Position numbers and translations under genes: made by a program. 64,000 nucleotides of DNA, from assembly GCA_013115125.1 (NCBI GenBank), contig JABANN010000071.1, positions 1 through 64,000 on the forward strand, read 5' to 3'. Every line of letters starts with the position of its first letter. Position 1 is the stretch's first letter. The notes beneath the pieces are model-generated. The model saw only the letters and a program-made list of their open reading frames with translations. It did no database searches and had not been told where the DNA came from. Positions 11,883 through 23,141 of the stretch are shown piece after piece. The stretch is from Perkinsus olseni (lineage: Eukaryota).

Positions 11883-12250
11883 TGAGAAGGAGATTACTGC
11901 GAAGGGTCTCAATACACTCTTATCCGGTTACACGTTTGTTCGTCAAATGCATCTTCTCGTCGCTACAAAAAGGCGAAAGGCTCCAAAAGAGAGCAACTCG
12001 ACTATTCTCTATTCTCATGAAAGTCGCTGACATGGAGCAACATAATCGGTACCGGGGCGTTGAGACGATGCACAGCTTGAATTGATGGATTCTTCTAATA
12101 ACGATACATGCTCTTACTCCTCCTTATCACCTCCCTATCACCTCAATGGTTCACGTAGAGCCGTTGTCAGTCAATATTCGGCGACTTCAACTTCGCATAT
12201 TCAGCTGCTGCGTCGCGGCCATCACATTCTCAACCACAAGCCCTCAACCA

Positions 12251-13663
12251 CTACGAGGCAGCCCGCAGTCCGCTGAATGGTAGTTCGCCAGGGGCTGTGC
12301 TGGGCATATCCCTCGGCCGAAGCTGATGGGCAGGGAAGTAGGCGATGAAGGCTTCATCCTGAACTGTGACACTGAGTGCTAGCAGACCACCAAGTAGTCG
12401 ACCGTGGCGTCTAATCAACCCCTCGAGGATCCTTCGCCGGAAAGTCGTTATCTGGCTGCGCCTTCTCTGGCGAGCAGCTCGCAGGCCGGTGGCATAGGGG
12501 CTGTTGTGAAAGCCTCTAGTAACTAATGACAGCCAGGGGAAGTTGTGGTAGAGGTGCTCGAAGGCTCCATCGAACCAACGGACGTCCATTGCGTAAGACA
12601 GCTGATTGAGAGCTGCAACATAGGACAGTATTGGGAAGAGGGACAGGCCCAAGCTGGTGCCCTCAATGGCAAAACTCAGTGACGTGAGCTTACATATGAG
12701 GAATGATGCGGTGAGAAGGAAGATGACAGCGAAGACTACCACCGCCATCAAAGCCTTCATAGACCAAGTCACTCTAGCCGCCAACTCCCGTACGTGCACC
12801 TCAGCCCTGAGTGCCAGATCAGTAGTACTTCGACGCCGCTCCAGTCGCGCCACAGCCGATGGGTCGTCCCCGCGTGGTCCTAAGTGCGTCCAGACGAAGC
12901 GCCACAGGTCCTGTACGAGCATGTTGCTGGGGGAGAAGAGCAGGGTTGAGAAGCCCGATATGTGCAGCATTGTTATCTTTATTCGAAGGAGGCTTCTGGA
13001 GGTAGCAAGGGTGACCAGCAGCTGCGCCCACATGATGACAATCGCCAGTAATTCTATAACCACTTGCACTAGCAGTATACGGACATACGAGAAACACTCC
13101 TGGTCGTTGACCATTTCAGGATCCTCGCAGTTAGGTGGCACCGCGCCCGCCTCTCGTACAGCTTCATCTCTGCCAAAGGCCAAAACCACGAGCAGGTTGA
13201 GGCCCGATATTGACTTCATGGCTTGATAGAAGGTGAAGGCGATGAAGCCGGTGTTGAGGCAGACGGTCAGCAAACGGAAGGAGGCGTCACCGATCCTCCA
13301 TAACCTACTACGCTCATACTCGAGCATCAATGCCAAGTTCATAGCCTGAACCCAGAATGGCTGGAAGTTTGTCGACGCAGCGTCTTGCAACTCAACAAGG
13401 CACTTCAGCTTCCTCGACTGCCACTCTCTTTCAGCAGCAGTAGTGTAGCTCCCGAAAGCGTAGAGGCTCGAGTTCAGCCTAGGTCTGCTGAGAGAAGGAG
13501 ATGACACCTTCAATCGAGGCCTACGTCTCCGTCCGAAGTAGTAAAGGCGCCTGGATCGCGATGAGGGAGTGACCGTCGTGAAGAACAGCGACGGGTGATG
13601 CTGATGGCCGACTGCAGACGACGAAGATGAAGGCCGCTGACTTGGCCCCTCCCATGGTTGCAT
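12251..13663 (-). CDS. Multi-pass membrane protein of unknown function, intronless (paralog A)
   Basis: 470-aa ORF with several hydrophobic segments. Shares QVVIEL, ISGxSTLxFSPS, FLICKLTSLSFAI, ALNQL and DEAF with the neighbouring gene. Confidence 0.75.
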   Translation of the reverse strand: MQPWEGPSQRPSSSSSAVGHQHHPSLFFTTVTPSSRSRRLYYFGRRRRPRLKVSSPSLSRPRLNSSLYAFGSYTTAAEREWQSRKLKCLVELQDAASTNFQPFWVQAMNLALMLEYERSRLWRIGDASFRLLTVCLNTGFIAFTFYQAMKSISGLNLLVVLAFGRDEAVREAGAVPPNCEDPEMVNDQECFSYVRILLVQVVIELLAIVIMWAQLLVTLATSRSLLRIKITMLHISGFSTLLFSPSNMLVQDLWRFVWTHLGPRGDDPSAVARLERRRSTTDLALRAEVHVRELAARVTWSMKALMAVVVFAVIFLLTASFLICKLTSLSFAIEGTSLGLSLFPILSYVAALNQLSYAMDVRWFDGAFEHLYHNFPWLSLVTRGFHNSPYATGLRAARQRRRSQITTFRRRILEGLIRRHGRLLGGLLALSVTVQDEAFIAYFPAHQLRPRDMPSTAPGELPFSGLRAAS

Positions 13664-13788
13664 TATCCGATAAGGCTAGTGAAGCCAACTCCCATCATGA
13701 ATCCAAGACAGTCTGTCAAGATGTACTGGAAATGATTCATGGCAGCATGAACGTACGACTATACGCTCAGGATGATGGATAACTTATG

Positions 13789-15224
13789 TTACGAATAGCG
13801 CTCTTTGACGACCTCTTCCCGGAATGCATAGAGTTGGCCTTTATAGGTGCATGATGAGCCACGAAGGCTTCATCGCGGACCTCTAGGGACAGCGATAGTA
13901 AGAACCCTCGGATCAGACCAAACCTGAGGATGCACTCTTCCAATGGGCAGCCAACACGATTGCCTACTGCATCAGCAACGTGGAAACTATCCTCGCTCGA
14001 AATAAGAGGATTTCTTCCTGCTTCTTCTTCCTTCTAGCCTCCCTCACAGCAGTCCCAGATGGCCCTCCCGAGGTCGGCGCCGAGAACAGGAATCTATAGT
14101 TTTGATAAAGCTGCTCGCTCGCTCCCCTGTTCCATTGTGAGTCCTTCACATATGCCTGAAGATGGGAACTGTCCCCACAGCCTGGTAGGGCAGGCGTTAT
14201 CACCAGCTGATTGAGCGCTCCTATGTACGTTATCAGCGGTAGGACCCGGAGCTGGGAGAAGACGTTGTGCTTTATAGCAAAACTCAAGGAAGTGAGCTTG
14301 CAGATGAGGAAGAAGCAACTGCAGCCCACCACGATACCAAAAAGCAGCAGCAAGCTAACTCTGCCCATCAAATGAAGGGCCCTGCGGAGTATAGCCCTCC
14401 CGCTAAGCCCGGCCGATGGATATATGGACATCATCGATCCATGGGCAACCTGAATTCTCCTGTACTGTATAACACTACCGTCCCTCTGCTACTACCTCGT
14501 CTTTCGTTCGACCGCCTGCCGTGTTTCCTCCTATATGAGAATCCTCCTTTAGAAGCGCTCTCGGGCAGTTACCCAGGTATAGGTCATTCATATAGTTCCA
14601 TATAGTTTGCAGTAGCATAGGGCTTGGCGAGAACATCAACGTCGAGACCCCAGAGATGTATATCATAGCCCTAGAGGCTTTAAGAACTGTCCTCGCCCTC
14701 CCATGCCGATCATGGTTGAACATAAGACCGACCAGAAGGAATAGTAGCCATAAATACATGTAAGACAGACTGCCAAGTTCGATAACAACCTGACTTCACC
14801 CCTCCGAAAGACCCCGTCTGCTGATGGACCCCACCTGGGCTATGAGTATGCTCAAATGCTCGAAGCATCTTCCATTGGCATCTTTCTTGCATTGGTCAGT
14901 CATTCCCTGTTCGTCATAGCCGCGGCCGTACAAGAGTAACTCCACCAGATTGAGCATTTTAACAGCATTGTAGACCTCTATGAAGGTGTACACTATGAGC
15001 CATGTATTCAAGCCAAAGGCCATCAACCGTATGAACGCCAAAAAGTATCTATTATTCACCCCCAACTGCGCATGATCCGCTTCGCCGTGTTTGAACAGGA
15101 TCCCGATGTTCAGCCTTTGTACCGCCGCACTTTGGAACTTCACGTCACTCGTCACCTTCGATACATCCGCTGGTTCATCATCTCGGCCTGTCGTTGATGG
15201 CTGATCATTATGACTGGCTCGCAT
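13789..15224 (-). CDS. Multi-pass membrane protein, about 5 exons (paralog B)
   Basis: ORFs at 14796-15269, 14475-14759 and 13964-14434 plus a last exon FGLIRGFLLSLSLEVRDEAF align with paralog A. Confidence 0.72.
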
Positions 15225-15469
15225 AACGACCACAACAAGGACTGAGAAAAAAGTGCACGAAAAATGCACAACGGTTCTTTCAAATAGTTACCAGGATCGT
15301 TGAATAAACCGATTTTGAAACTCTAAACCCAACTTTGAACCGCATTGAACGCGTGAAAGTTCTAATCCCAGAATCGATTTTGAGTGTCAGAATCTTTCTA
15401 TGGAACAAGGGAATCGTCGAATTTTGTCACGATACCACCCCGATGGGGATTTTGCTTCTGTGCTAGGCA

Positions 15470-16273
15470 GATGCCTTTTAATAGGTGGCAGAGCACTATT
15501 TGGCCGCAGTTTTCGGCACAGGCGATGAACTATCTGCAGCGACCCGATGCTGCTTGGTCGACGAACTAGGACCTCTTTGACGCATTTCGGGCAATTCCTA
15601 AAATCCAAGGTACGGGACCATATTGCAAGGAGGCATCTCCGAGGATCCGGTTGTCCTTGCCAAGGGCCCCTCGGCGATAGTGTGGGAATTCGCCTGCCCT
15701 CTCGGGTTTTGGGACGGGTTTCGGGCCTTCCCGTGGAATATCTCACAGTTTTCGTCCATTTTTGATGTTATCGAAGAGCGTCTCGGCAGCACGACCATCT
15801 CTGACTACAGCAGAGAGGGCCTTCACGACATGGAGTGACCATGCCGTCATAGCAAGTAGGAACGACTGTGTCCTCGGTTGATCTCTGTTCTCGGCCCTCT
15901 ATTGCTCCGCGTCTCAGGGGCGATCAACAAAAGATTCCCGAATGAAGACCCTAGAGGCGTTCAAGATCGGAAGATACCACAGCTTGTGAAGAAGCTCCAA
16001 TTCGATGTCTCTGGCGGCAGTCCCAAGCAAGATGAGCTGTCCATGGTGAAGTCATTGTGGCTCGAAATGTATGAGAGGCGGCTACACGATGCAGCCTACG
16101 ATGAAGCAGCAGACTCGGGTGAGCTGTGTGACGGCGAACTTCATTCGTGGCGGAAGGACAGAATGGATACCGAAAAGGACCCCACCAAAGTGGTGCCGGA
16201 GTTGGCAAGTGCTCAGAGCGTTCAACGGGCTCGCAAGGCCGAGCAAGAAATGCTCAATCGGTTGAAGAAGTAG
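15470..16273 (+). CDS. Hypothetical protein, multi-exon, start uncertain
   Basis: Coding-like frames PSAIVWEFACPLGFWDGFRAFPWNIS and the 15878-16273 ORF, separated by GT..AG. Confidence 0.45.
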
Positions 16274-16391
16274 ACTCTGCAGCAATGACACGATTTTTAT
16301 TCATCGTTGTGAGGGGTCGAGTTGTCACATCTGGGGAGGTACTGACATATTGACAGGTTTGACTGAATGCACCTGCACTATAGTGCTTTTG

Positions 16392-19031
16392 ATGGCTTCT
16401 GTTGTCGTTCCGTTGTCCTGGCGTACATACCTCGTCTGGCTTCTTTCATCCTCGTTCCATGCTGGTGTATCGCAGCTGCCGGACACTTGCCGCCGTTGCT
16501 TGCCGTCCGAGGCCACTATCGATCATCGTCACGCTTGGAGTAGATTCGTCTTCGGAACGCATTCCGAGGACCTTCAACGCTTCCTGGATTCCAACCTCTC
16601 GACCCACTGTGATGCAGCATTCTCCCGTATGATAGTAGAAGGTATGGGCGGCTCCGTCAGTGAGTGTGACTCCGACCGAAGCAGTTGTCTCGAGAGGGTT
16701 CTCTACCATCATCCATGTCCCGTGCACTTTACCCTGGACATCGTCACTACCTCAGTATGCGCCTACTTTCTTTCTCATCAACCCGGTGTCTCAGCCCTTC
16801 TATTGTCCTTGCTCACAACCTTCAGCGCTGAAGTGCAGCCCTGTCTTGATAGCGGTGACTGGCCTGGCTTCACCAGCGTCGACTGGTTGCGCAACGTACC
16901 AGCGATCATACGCTCTCTCGGCTCAGACGCTCGAAGCTCGACCTGGCGCTGGTCCTCGACTAACCTCACTTTATCTCGCTACGTAGAGACCCATCCATGC
17001 TCGATGAACTCGAGCAGTCTTCACGACATAGACCGTTGTTGTGGCCCTGATGACGACAAGTCGGGTGTGGTCAACTGGACTCTAGTGAACGGTGCATTGA
17101 GCGACGCTTTCTCTCATTCTAGATTCTTTGAAGTCCGACTGCCTCTCTTCGAAAGTCTCATCGAGCCGGCCAGCGCCACACTGCTCGAGCTTGCCACCAC
17201 AGTAACGTGTCGATCCGGTCTGCTCGCCCTCCAGTTGTTGGGGCACATCCAAGAGAGGTCGGCAAGTGGGCTACGCAATGATCAGACGGGTCTCATGCAA
17301 GAGGGAGTGGAGTTGTTATTACGCTCCTTCTCCTGGCCAGAGATAGCACGCTCGACCTATCCCTTATTCGGGCTGGTATCAAGGGCGGTCGCCACTCTGA
17401 GAACGACGGGCACCGACTACGAGTGTTCCGATGAGGCGAAGAACCTCCTCGGTCAACTTAATGAGGTTGTAGCATCCCTCCAGCCTTTGGAGAGCTTGAG
17501 AGCCATCAGTCCCGCACTCGAGCAGCTCGTGGCTCACCATGATGATGACCCAGATACTTGTACCATGTGCCACATGCATCTGATGTCCACCACTCATGCC
17601 GCCTTAGCAGCAAGAGAAGCATTATCAGGGAAGGATGCAGCCGTTCATGTTGAACAAGCTAGTCGATGGTTCCTCGATACCCCAGGAGGGAATAGCGACC
17701 GGCTCATGCTGTCAACCCCCTGGCCTCTCTTCGAGTTCCTCAGCATGGTCTGGCCGGGTTATGCGGAGAGCCATCGTGATGGGAGTAATGATGCGTGTAC
17801 CTCCGTAGTCGAGGCGAGGCCTAGCAGTCCCTCATGGACTCGCAGGTTAGAGGCATTAACTGAGTTGGTTAGTGCTTCCGCAGCGTATCGCACGTTCGGT
17901 TCGGCTGACGCTCCGCCTTGGAGAGCTCCCTTGATGAAGGAGTTGAAGCACGTAGCTGCCGCAGCTAAAGAGGCGGGAGACCATGGCGTTAGCGTGGCCC
18001 TCCTGGAGACTCTCGACCAGGACGTTCAGTGGAGGCACCCCAAGGATACGGTCACGAACTTCTCACCCGAGCAAGGCGCATGCAAGCTACTGGAGCATGC
18101 TGAGATACATCGTCGGTGGCAGGAGTTCAGACAGTCTCCCCACAACACCACCTCTTCTCGATACATCAACGGCATTTGTAAGCCTTGCCTAGGGATTGCA
18201 CTGAAGTGGCGAGCTGACTATATCAGAGTGGATCCTGCCAAGTGCCCTCAGCTCATGGATAGACTCTACCGTCAGTACGATATGGTGCTGGTACTGGACT
18301 ACTCCCCTGCTGGCAGTCCTCGTCCGATTGCTCCTACCTTTACCACGCAAGTATGGCTATACATGCCGAGCGAGCCACATGCCCTGCAAGGTAGAGTTCA
18401 CCTACCCGACGGTTATTCTCCAGTAGTCGTGGATGAATATGGTGTAGTCAGCCCTGGGTCGAGATTGGAGGCGGTGGAACTTTGGTATCGGTACCCCGTC
18501 GCTGCCCTCCGAGAAGCTCTCGGGCAGCCCATCGAGAACCGCGGAGACTGCGTCCTCCTCTTCGGCCAGCCTGACGATAAGTTGGCTGCACACCTCATCA
18601 ACCATCATAACGTCCGCGTTGTCTTTACGGGTGGCAGCGGCTCTGGGAATACTCAGTACCAATACTATCAGCTCCTGAGGGAATCCTGTAAGGTAGCCGT
18701 CTTACCTTGGGACGGGAGGTTCTCCGCAGGCCAGGTGATCGCCGATGGAGCCCTTATGGGTGTCCCAGTTGTGGCTCCTCGGCAGAAGCTCTTCGCTCGC
18801 CTCCTACTACCCTCTATGTTCAGCTACATCAGCAACGATGTCAATGAAATAACGGCCCGAGTTCTGCTACTGTTGTCGAGGCCTGACCTCTATCGCCACA
18901 CTGTGGAGGTCATGGAGGAAGGTCTCCTCGGTCTACTGGACTGGGAAAGACTCGAAACGCCCGGTAGCTTCCTACTCAGAGTCAATCATCATCGACAACA
19001 GTACACGGCTCATGAGCACGTCGTAGATTGA
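16392..19031 (+). CDS. Large secreted or membrane protein with a C-terminal GT-B (GT4-like) glycosyltransferase domain, intronless
   Basis: Uninterrupted ORF of about 880 aa with a hydrophobic N-terminus. YYQLLRESCKVAVLP...FSAGQVIADGALMGVPVVA resembles the GT-B donor-binding motif. Confidence 0.65.
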   Translation: MASVVVPLSWRTYLVWLLSSSFHAGVSQLPDTCRRCLPSEATIDHRHAWSRFVFGTHSEDLQRFLDSNLSTHCDAAFSRMIVEGMGGSVSECDSDRSSCLERVLYHHPCPVHFTLDIVTTSVCAYFLSHQPGVSALLLSLLTTFSAEVQPCLDSGDWPGFTSVDWLRNVPAIIRSLGSDARSSTWRWSSTNLTLSRYVETHPCSMNSSSLHDIDRCCGPDDDKSGVVNWTLVNGALSDAFSHSRFFEVRLPLFESLIEPASATLLELATTVTCRSGLLALQLLGHIQERSASGLRNDQTGLMQEGVELLLRSFSWPEIARSTYPLFGLVSRAVATLRTTGTDYECSDEAKNLLGQLNEVVASLQPLESLRAISPALEQLVAHHDDDPDTCTMCHMHLMSTTHAALAAREALSGKDAAVHVEQASRWFLDTPGGNSDRLMLSTPWPLFEFLSMVWPGYAESHRDGSNDACTSVVEARPSSPSWTRRLEALTELVSASAAYRTFGSADAPPWRAPLMKELKHVAAAAKEAGDHGVSVALLETLDQDVQWRHPKDTVTNFSPEQGACKLLEHAEIHRRWQEFRQSPHNTTSSRYINGICKPCLGIALKWRADYIRVDPAKCPQLMDRLYRQYDMVLVLDYSPAGSPRPIAPTFTTQVWLYMPSEPHALQGRVHLPDGYSPVVVDEYGVVSPGSRLEAVELWYRYPVAALREALGQPIENRGDCVLLFGQPDDKLAAHLINHHNVRVVFTGGSGSGNTQYQYYQLLRESCKVAVLPWDGRFSAGQVIADGALMGVPVVAPRQKLFARLLLPSMFSYISNDVNEITARVLLLLSRPDLYRHTVEVMEEGLLGLLDWERLETPGSFLLRVNHHRQQYTAHEHVVD

Positions 19032-19110
19032 GCTTCTCCCAGCAGCCGTCTTTCGTTAAGACTCACGCGTGTGCGAGAACTAGTTCTTTCCAGTTCATCT
19101 CATTCACATT

Positions 19111-20380
19111 ATGCCCACTGAGGTCACATCTGCCGACCATCCAGTGCCCGCAGTCTTCGAGGCCGACGCTGAGGAGTACTTCAATCGTAACCAGGTCTAT
19201 GAGACTGCTCGACAGCTACTGCAGGATCTTCTGCTCAAGAGACCGGAGAATCCTCTGCAATTCATGGCTGACTGGCTTAACCACGGAGGCAACAAGGGGA
19301 GGTAAGTTTAAATTATCGTACGTCACCAATGGGCTCATGATGAGCCGCTCATCATTACCTCTTTGACAGGTTTATTATCTTGGGACCTCCAGGGATCGAC
19401 CTCAGTGGCCTCTGTGATTCTCTGGTCGCCAGAAAGAAGGCCGCGGGCGATGGTCACGAAGTTGTGCATATCAAAGGCGACGAGGTCTGCGGCGGCGGTG
19501 AGGGGTCGTCGCGTCGTGAGTCGCCAATTTTTTCACGTGATGTCATCAGGAATCACGGATGCCTCATCTCCCGAAACCGACAGAAAAATGTCTGCGGCGA
19601 TGGCGGCAGCTGTGGAGGCCCAAGTAGGCAAACACAATGCCTGGGTCATCTCGGGTTTTCCTAGAACAAGGGCTCAGGTTAGTTCTCTTCACCAGCACGT
19701 CTTACACTCGTACGACCTGTTCAGGCACGACTGATGCTCACGAAGTGGAGTGTCGTCCCCGACCGGGCGTTGATACTGACTATGCCTGAGGGAAGCCAGG
19801 AGCTAGAGAGCAGCGCTGATAAGGATTGTGAGAGACTCTACGAAGAGCGCATTCCAGCAGTGAAAGAACTTCTCAAGTAGGCGCCCCCGAGTGGGCCGAT
19901 GGCTAACCTCTCGGTCTGTTTGCTCTCCCGCTTGGCCGTAGGTACATAGCCACTGAGGTAGAGATCTATCCTGGAGATAAGGAGAGTACTTCTCAGCGGA
20001 TGTACAGCCTCCTATTCGACAGGCAAGAACATAAAGAAGTGAAGACGAATTGAGGAGCGAGTCCCAGGATGGGGCATCCACGAACACCCGATAACGGTGT
20101 GATATCATGCCTGTTGACCCTTGTGTTCCTGGAGTACGAACAGGAGCGCTGTATCGGAGTCCGAAGTTCGGACAAGAGAGATTCAGCCATGCCTTTGCCA
20201 AAACTCTAGGAAGAATCCCGCAAGTACCACGTCGAAGATTCCTCGGTCAGCTCCGTCTTGTAGGAGTACCTTGCCGGGACTGAATCTAAGACTCAAAAGC
20301 CTTACCAGGTGAGATTACGCCGTGTAATTTACGCGACGGTAAGCGGCAAAGATATTGGGCCGCCATTGATGATCAATATC
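19111..20380 (+). CDS. Adenylate kinase 8-like protein with an N-terminal Dpy-30/RIIa-like motif, multi-exon
   Basis: YFNRNQVYETARQLLQDLLLKRPENPLQFMADWL; IILGPPG P-loop; WVISGFPRTRAQ. The 3' end is approximate. Confidence 0.65.
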
Positions 20381-21280
20381 GAGGTTGTTCAATTATTGAT
20401 ACAATAATTGATCGATCCCGGTACTCCCCCCCAATGAGCGATTAGAGTGAGAGTCTCCCCTCGGGTTGGGTGGGGAAAAATTACAACGCTCGAACGGTCC
20501 TGGAGTGACTCGAGTCGAGTCGCCGAACCATGCCCGACCCTGATGAGGGGGGATCCCCGCGACTGTGTGTGTGAATTTATAGTCCAACGCCGGTTCCGGC
20601 TTAGTTAGACTCTTGCCAATGTGCTCAGTTGGAGACCATGTGCTCAGTCTTGCCCGCGACTGCATCGCTACTATGACCGTCCTAGAGGATTCACCGGCGC
20701 GGCCGCCGGGAACTCACAACTCGCAAGTCACGAGATCAGCGTTGCTGATTCAGCGGGCTATTATGGGAGCGAAATGGCTTGCAACGGGGTTGGTGTAAAT
20801 AATAGCTACTAAATATGGATTGCATATTATGGTGGAAGATGAGAGGTGAAACTCCTGCCGTGAGAGTGATCAGAGAGAGCACGTGATCAACGGTAATTAG
20901 TCGTTGTCAGCTAAAGGACCTTTCATAGGTGAACCTTCAGCAAAGGTTAACAATGCACGCATACGTAATACTCGTCGCAGAATTCAATTACATCCCGCTC
21001 CTCAAGAAATGAGAGGATCCATCGCGACCGATGTGGAGCACATCTTAGTCACCACTGGTAACTCACTGGAGTCAGTCTATCTTATCGCGTACAACTCATG
21101 GTATGAGTAGGACTCCATCCTATGAAAGGATTCCTATTCCGGGTACCGTAGGGGTTACCCCGGGATAGTTCATGATAAGTTCGGGTTGCGAATTTTTCAT
21201 GAGGGTTGAATTTGGCTGGTTCAAGAAGAGTATGGGTCGGATCTTCTTCGCACCGTCAAATGAGGAGTTTGGGAGTTATT

Positions 21281-21318
21281 TGCACGAATCGTGCAGCACG
21301 ATGGCATCGTGACGATGC
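21281..21318. repeat. Two overlapping 22-nt zigzag footprints (8-mers TGCACGAT and CACGATGC)
   Basis: tgcacga|atcgtgca|gcacgat at 21281-21302 and cacgatg|gcatcgtg|acgatgc at 21297-21318. Confidence 0.9.
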
Positions 21319-21798
21319 TAGTACACGTATCAGTTGTTCCCTCAGGACGTGAGGGAACAACTGCTGTTGAAAGTCTGCACTTTTTTGGGTCGCATTTCAC
21401 GCGGGCCGAAGGTCGAAATGTCTACGGGATTGGGAGACGGATTGAAGCCGCGAACCGAGCCATGAAACGGCTTGGGAAATTCTGGAAGTCACTCGACGCG
21501 AGCTTGTCAGACAAGCCTTGTCTGGAAAGATAACGGTCATCCAAGCAACCGCATTCGTGACGCTCAAAGCGTCACGCTTTTCTATGCGAGTGAGACGTCG
21601 ACCCTCAAGGAGTCTGATACCCAGCGATACTGTGGCTTTTTAGAACACTCTTCTACAATGCCGCATCGAGGCGACCCGCTATCCCAAACGTCAACAATGG
21701 GGGCCCTATCGAGAGCAAGATGCCCAGAAAGCCGAGGGGGCTCGGCGGCCTGAAGTCGCCGGCTTCGGTGGCACGGCCATCCTCTACGGTTGCCATTA

Positions 21799-21820
21799 GG
21801 CTACCGGGTAGCCGCTACCC
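21799..21820. repeat. 22-nt zigzag footprint (8-mer GGCTACCC)
   Basis: ggctacc|gggtagcc|gctaccc. Confidence 0.9.
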
Positions 21821-22039
21821 CATCAGTGAGATACATTATTGGAATCCGTCTATGATAGACAGCGTCCGGCGAACACGGTGCATGCCCTGCAGCGTGGTCG
21901 CCGTGGAACACAGGCCGTGGTTGCTGCTGAGTGGTTCACCTGGGTAAGTCTCCCAAGACAGGGGAAATTCACTCGGTATATACTATGCAGGCATGAGACT
22001 CATGCCGCATGACATCCCTATGACAAGGGAGCACAGTGG

Positions 22040-22086
22040 CTGTTGATTCAACAGTGTTGAATCCCAGCTGAGTCAGCTGAGCTGAC
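22040..22086. repeat. Two adjacent 22-nt zigzag footprints (8-mers CTGTTGAA and CAGCTGAC)
   Basis: ctgttga|ttcaacag|tgttgaa at 22040-22061 and cagctga|gtcagctg|agctgac at 22065-22086. Confidence 0.9.
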
Positions 22087-22149
22087 CCTGAGATTATCAA
22101 TTTCAAACATATCACGTTGATGGTCGAAGGCTTATCCTATTTGCCCCCG

Positions 22150-22200
22150 ATAAGGAGCTATGCTGGAGGTAAGCAGCTTACCCCTAGCATATCTCCTTAT
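22150..22200. repeat. 51-nt inverted repeat (25-nt arms, 3 mismatches, 1-nt centre)
   Basis: ataaggagctatgctggaggtaagc-a-gcttacccctagcatatctccttat. Confidence 0.9.
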
Positions 22201-22682
22201 AGGCTATAAGTTATAGCAGCTAGCCGTAAGCTGAATGGCCGATGACGAGAAGCCAGTAGATGAAAGATTGGATTCCAGACGGTAAAAGTCAGTCGGTCTC
22301 GAACATCAAGGCACTCTTCTCAGAAGAATCTTCTATGATTCCACACCATAAGCTGATATCAGCTCCGTCGTCTACGAAAGATCTACAGCGCTGCACACTC
22401 ACCTGGCGCAGAACCCATTACAGGCCGTCGGCTGGACTTCGTTACGCGGAGCGAACGTCTCCCCGGCACCCTTGCCAATTGACTGCTGAACCAATCAAGA
22501 TATAATACGGATCAACAAAACGATATGTTCTTGGACTCCTATGCCTTCGCCGGAGGCACTGCTCTAGACAGGGCAAAATGACTGAGCAATGTGACTCAAG
22601 TAATGAGAGAAGAATACAAATAAGAATAAGAACCCTCCGGGAATAGCAGCTCCCAGTTAAGTTCACGGGGTTCTTGACTCAA

Positions 22683-23141
22683 CTATCGGAGCCGATCAGG
22701 GTGACCGCAGTATTCATTACTCAGTTCATACTTCGTTTTGTCGCCACAGAGAGGTTGGATAGTGATGCCATCAGTGGTCTTATTATAGGGCAGCAGCTGC
22801 CACATATTGGTATCCAGAGTATATTTGTTGGCAAAGGTTGTGAAATGCTTAGATCTCACGTCGACGTCGAAGACATTAGTGAAGTGGTTCAACCTCCCGA
22901 TGGGGATACGGCTTGTCTAGACTTGTTTCTGATGACGATGCACCAACGTGAAAATGCTCATAGTGCCATTTAGAAAGGGCGGCGTACGTGGGAAACGGAG
23001 AGCCCACTCGGGTCCTGCGTGATGGTGAACCTTACTACAGTAGTACTCGCTGGGAGGAAAGGCATTCTTGTCGTGCTGAACAGCGGCACCCCCAGAACAG
23101 AGGACAGCGAGAGCCATCAGATAGAGAACAGCGCTTCGCAT
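22683..23141 (-). pseudogene. Small secreted protein family, copy A, with an in-frame TAG at 22917-22919
   Basis: MRSAVLYLMALAVL...FPPSEYYCSK...WALRFPRTP...KQV*TSRIPI. Homology to copies B and C continues in the same frame after the stop. Confidence 0.8.

Larger units (their letters stand above)
21230..21930 (+). mobile_element. Decayed non-LTR (RTE/CR1-like LINE) reverse transcriptase C-terminal remnant
   Basis: Frameshifted pieces VESLHFFGSHF...IGRRIEAANRAMKRLGKFWKSLDASLSDK and VTLFYASETSTLKESD match the LINE 'YLG...RI..A...L..IW...K...LLYG.ETW' region. Confidence 0.65.

Noticed and set aside
20540-20600. Hammerhead-like CTGATGA followed by a short stem
   Set aside because: GAAA is replaced by GCGA and stem I does not pair.
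20615-20660. tRNA-like GCTCAGTTGG
   Set aside because: No T-loop (GTTCRA) or cloverleaf; just a short atgtgctcagt direct repeat.
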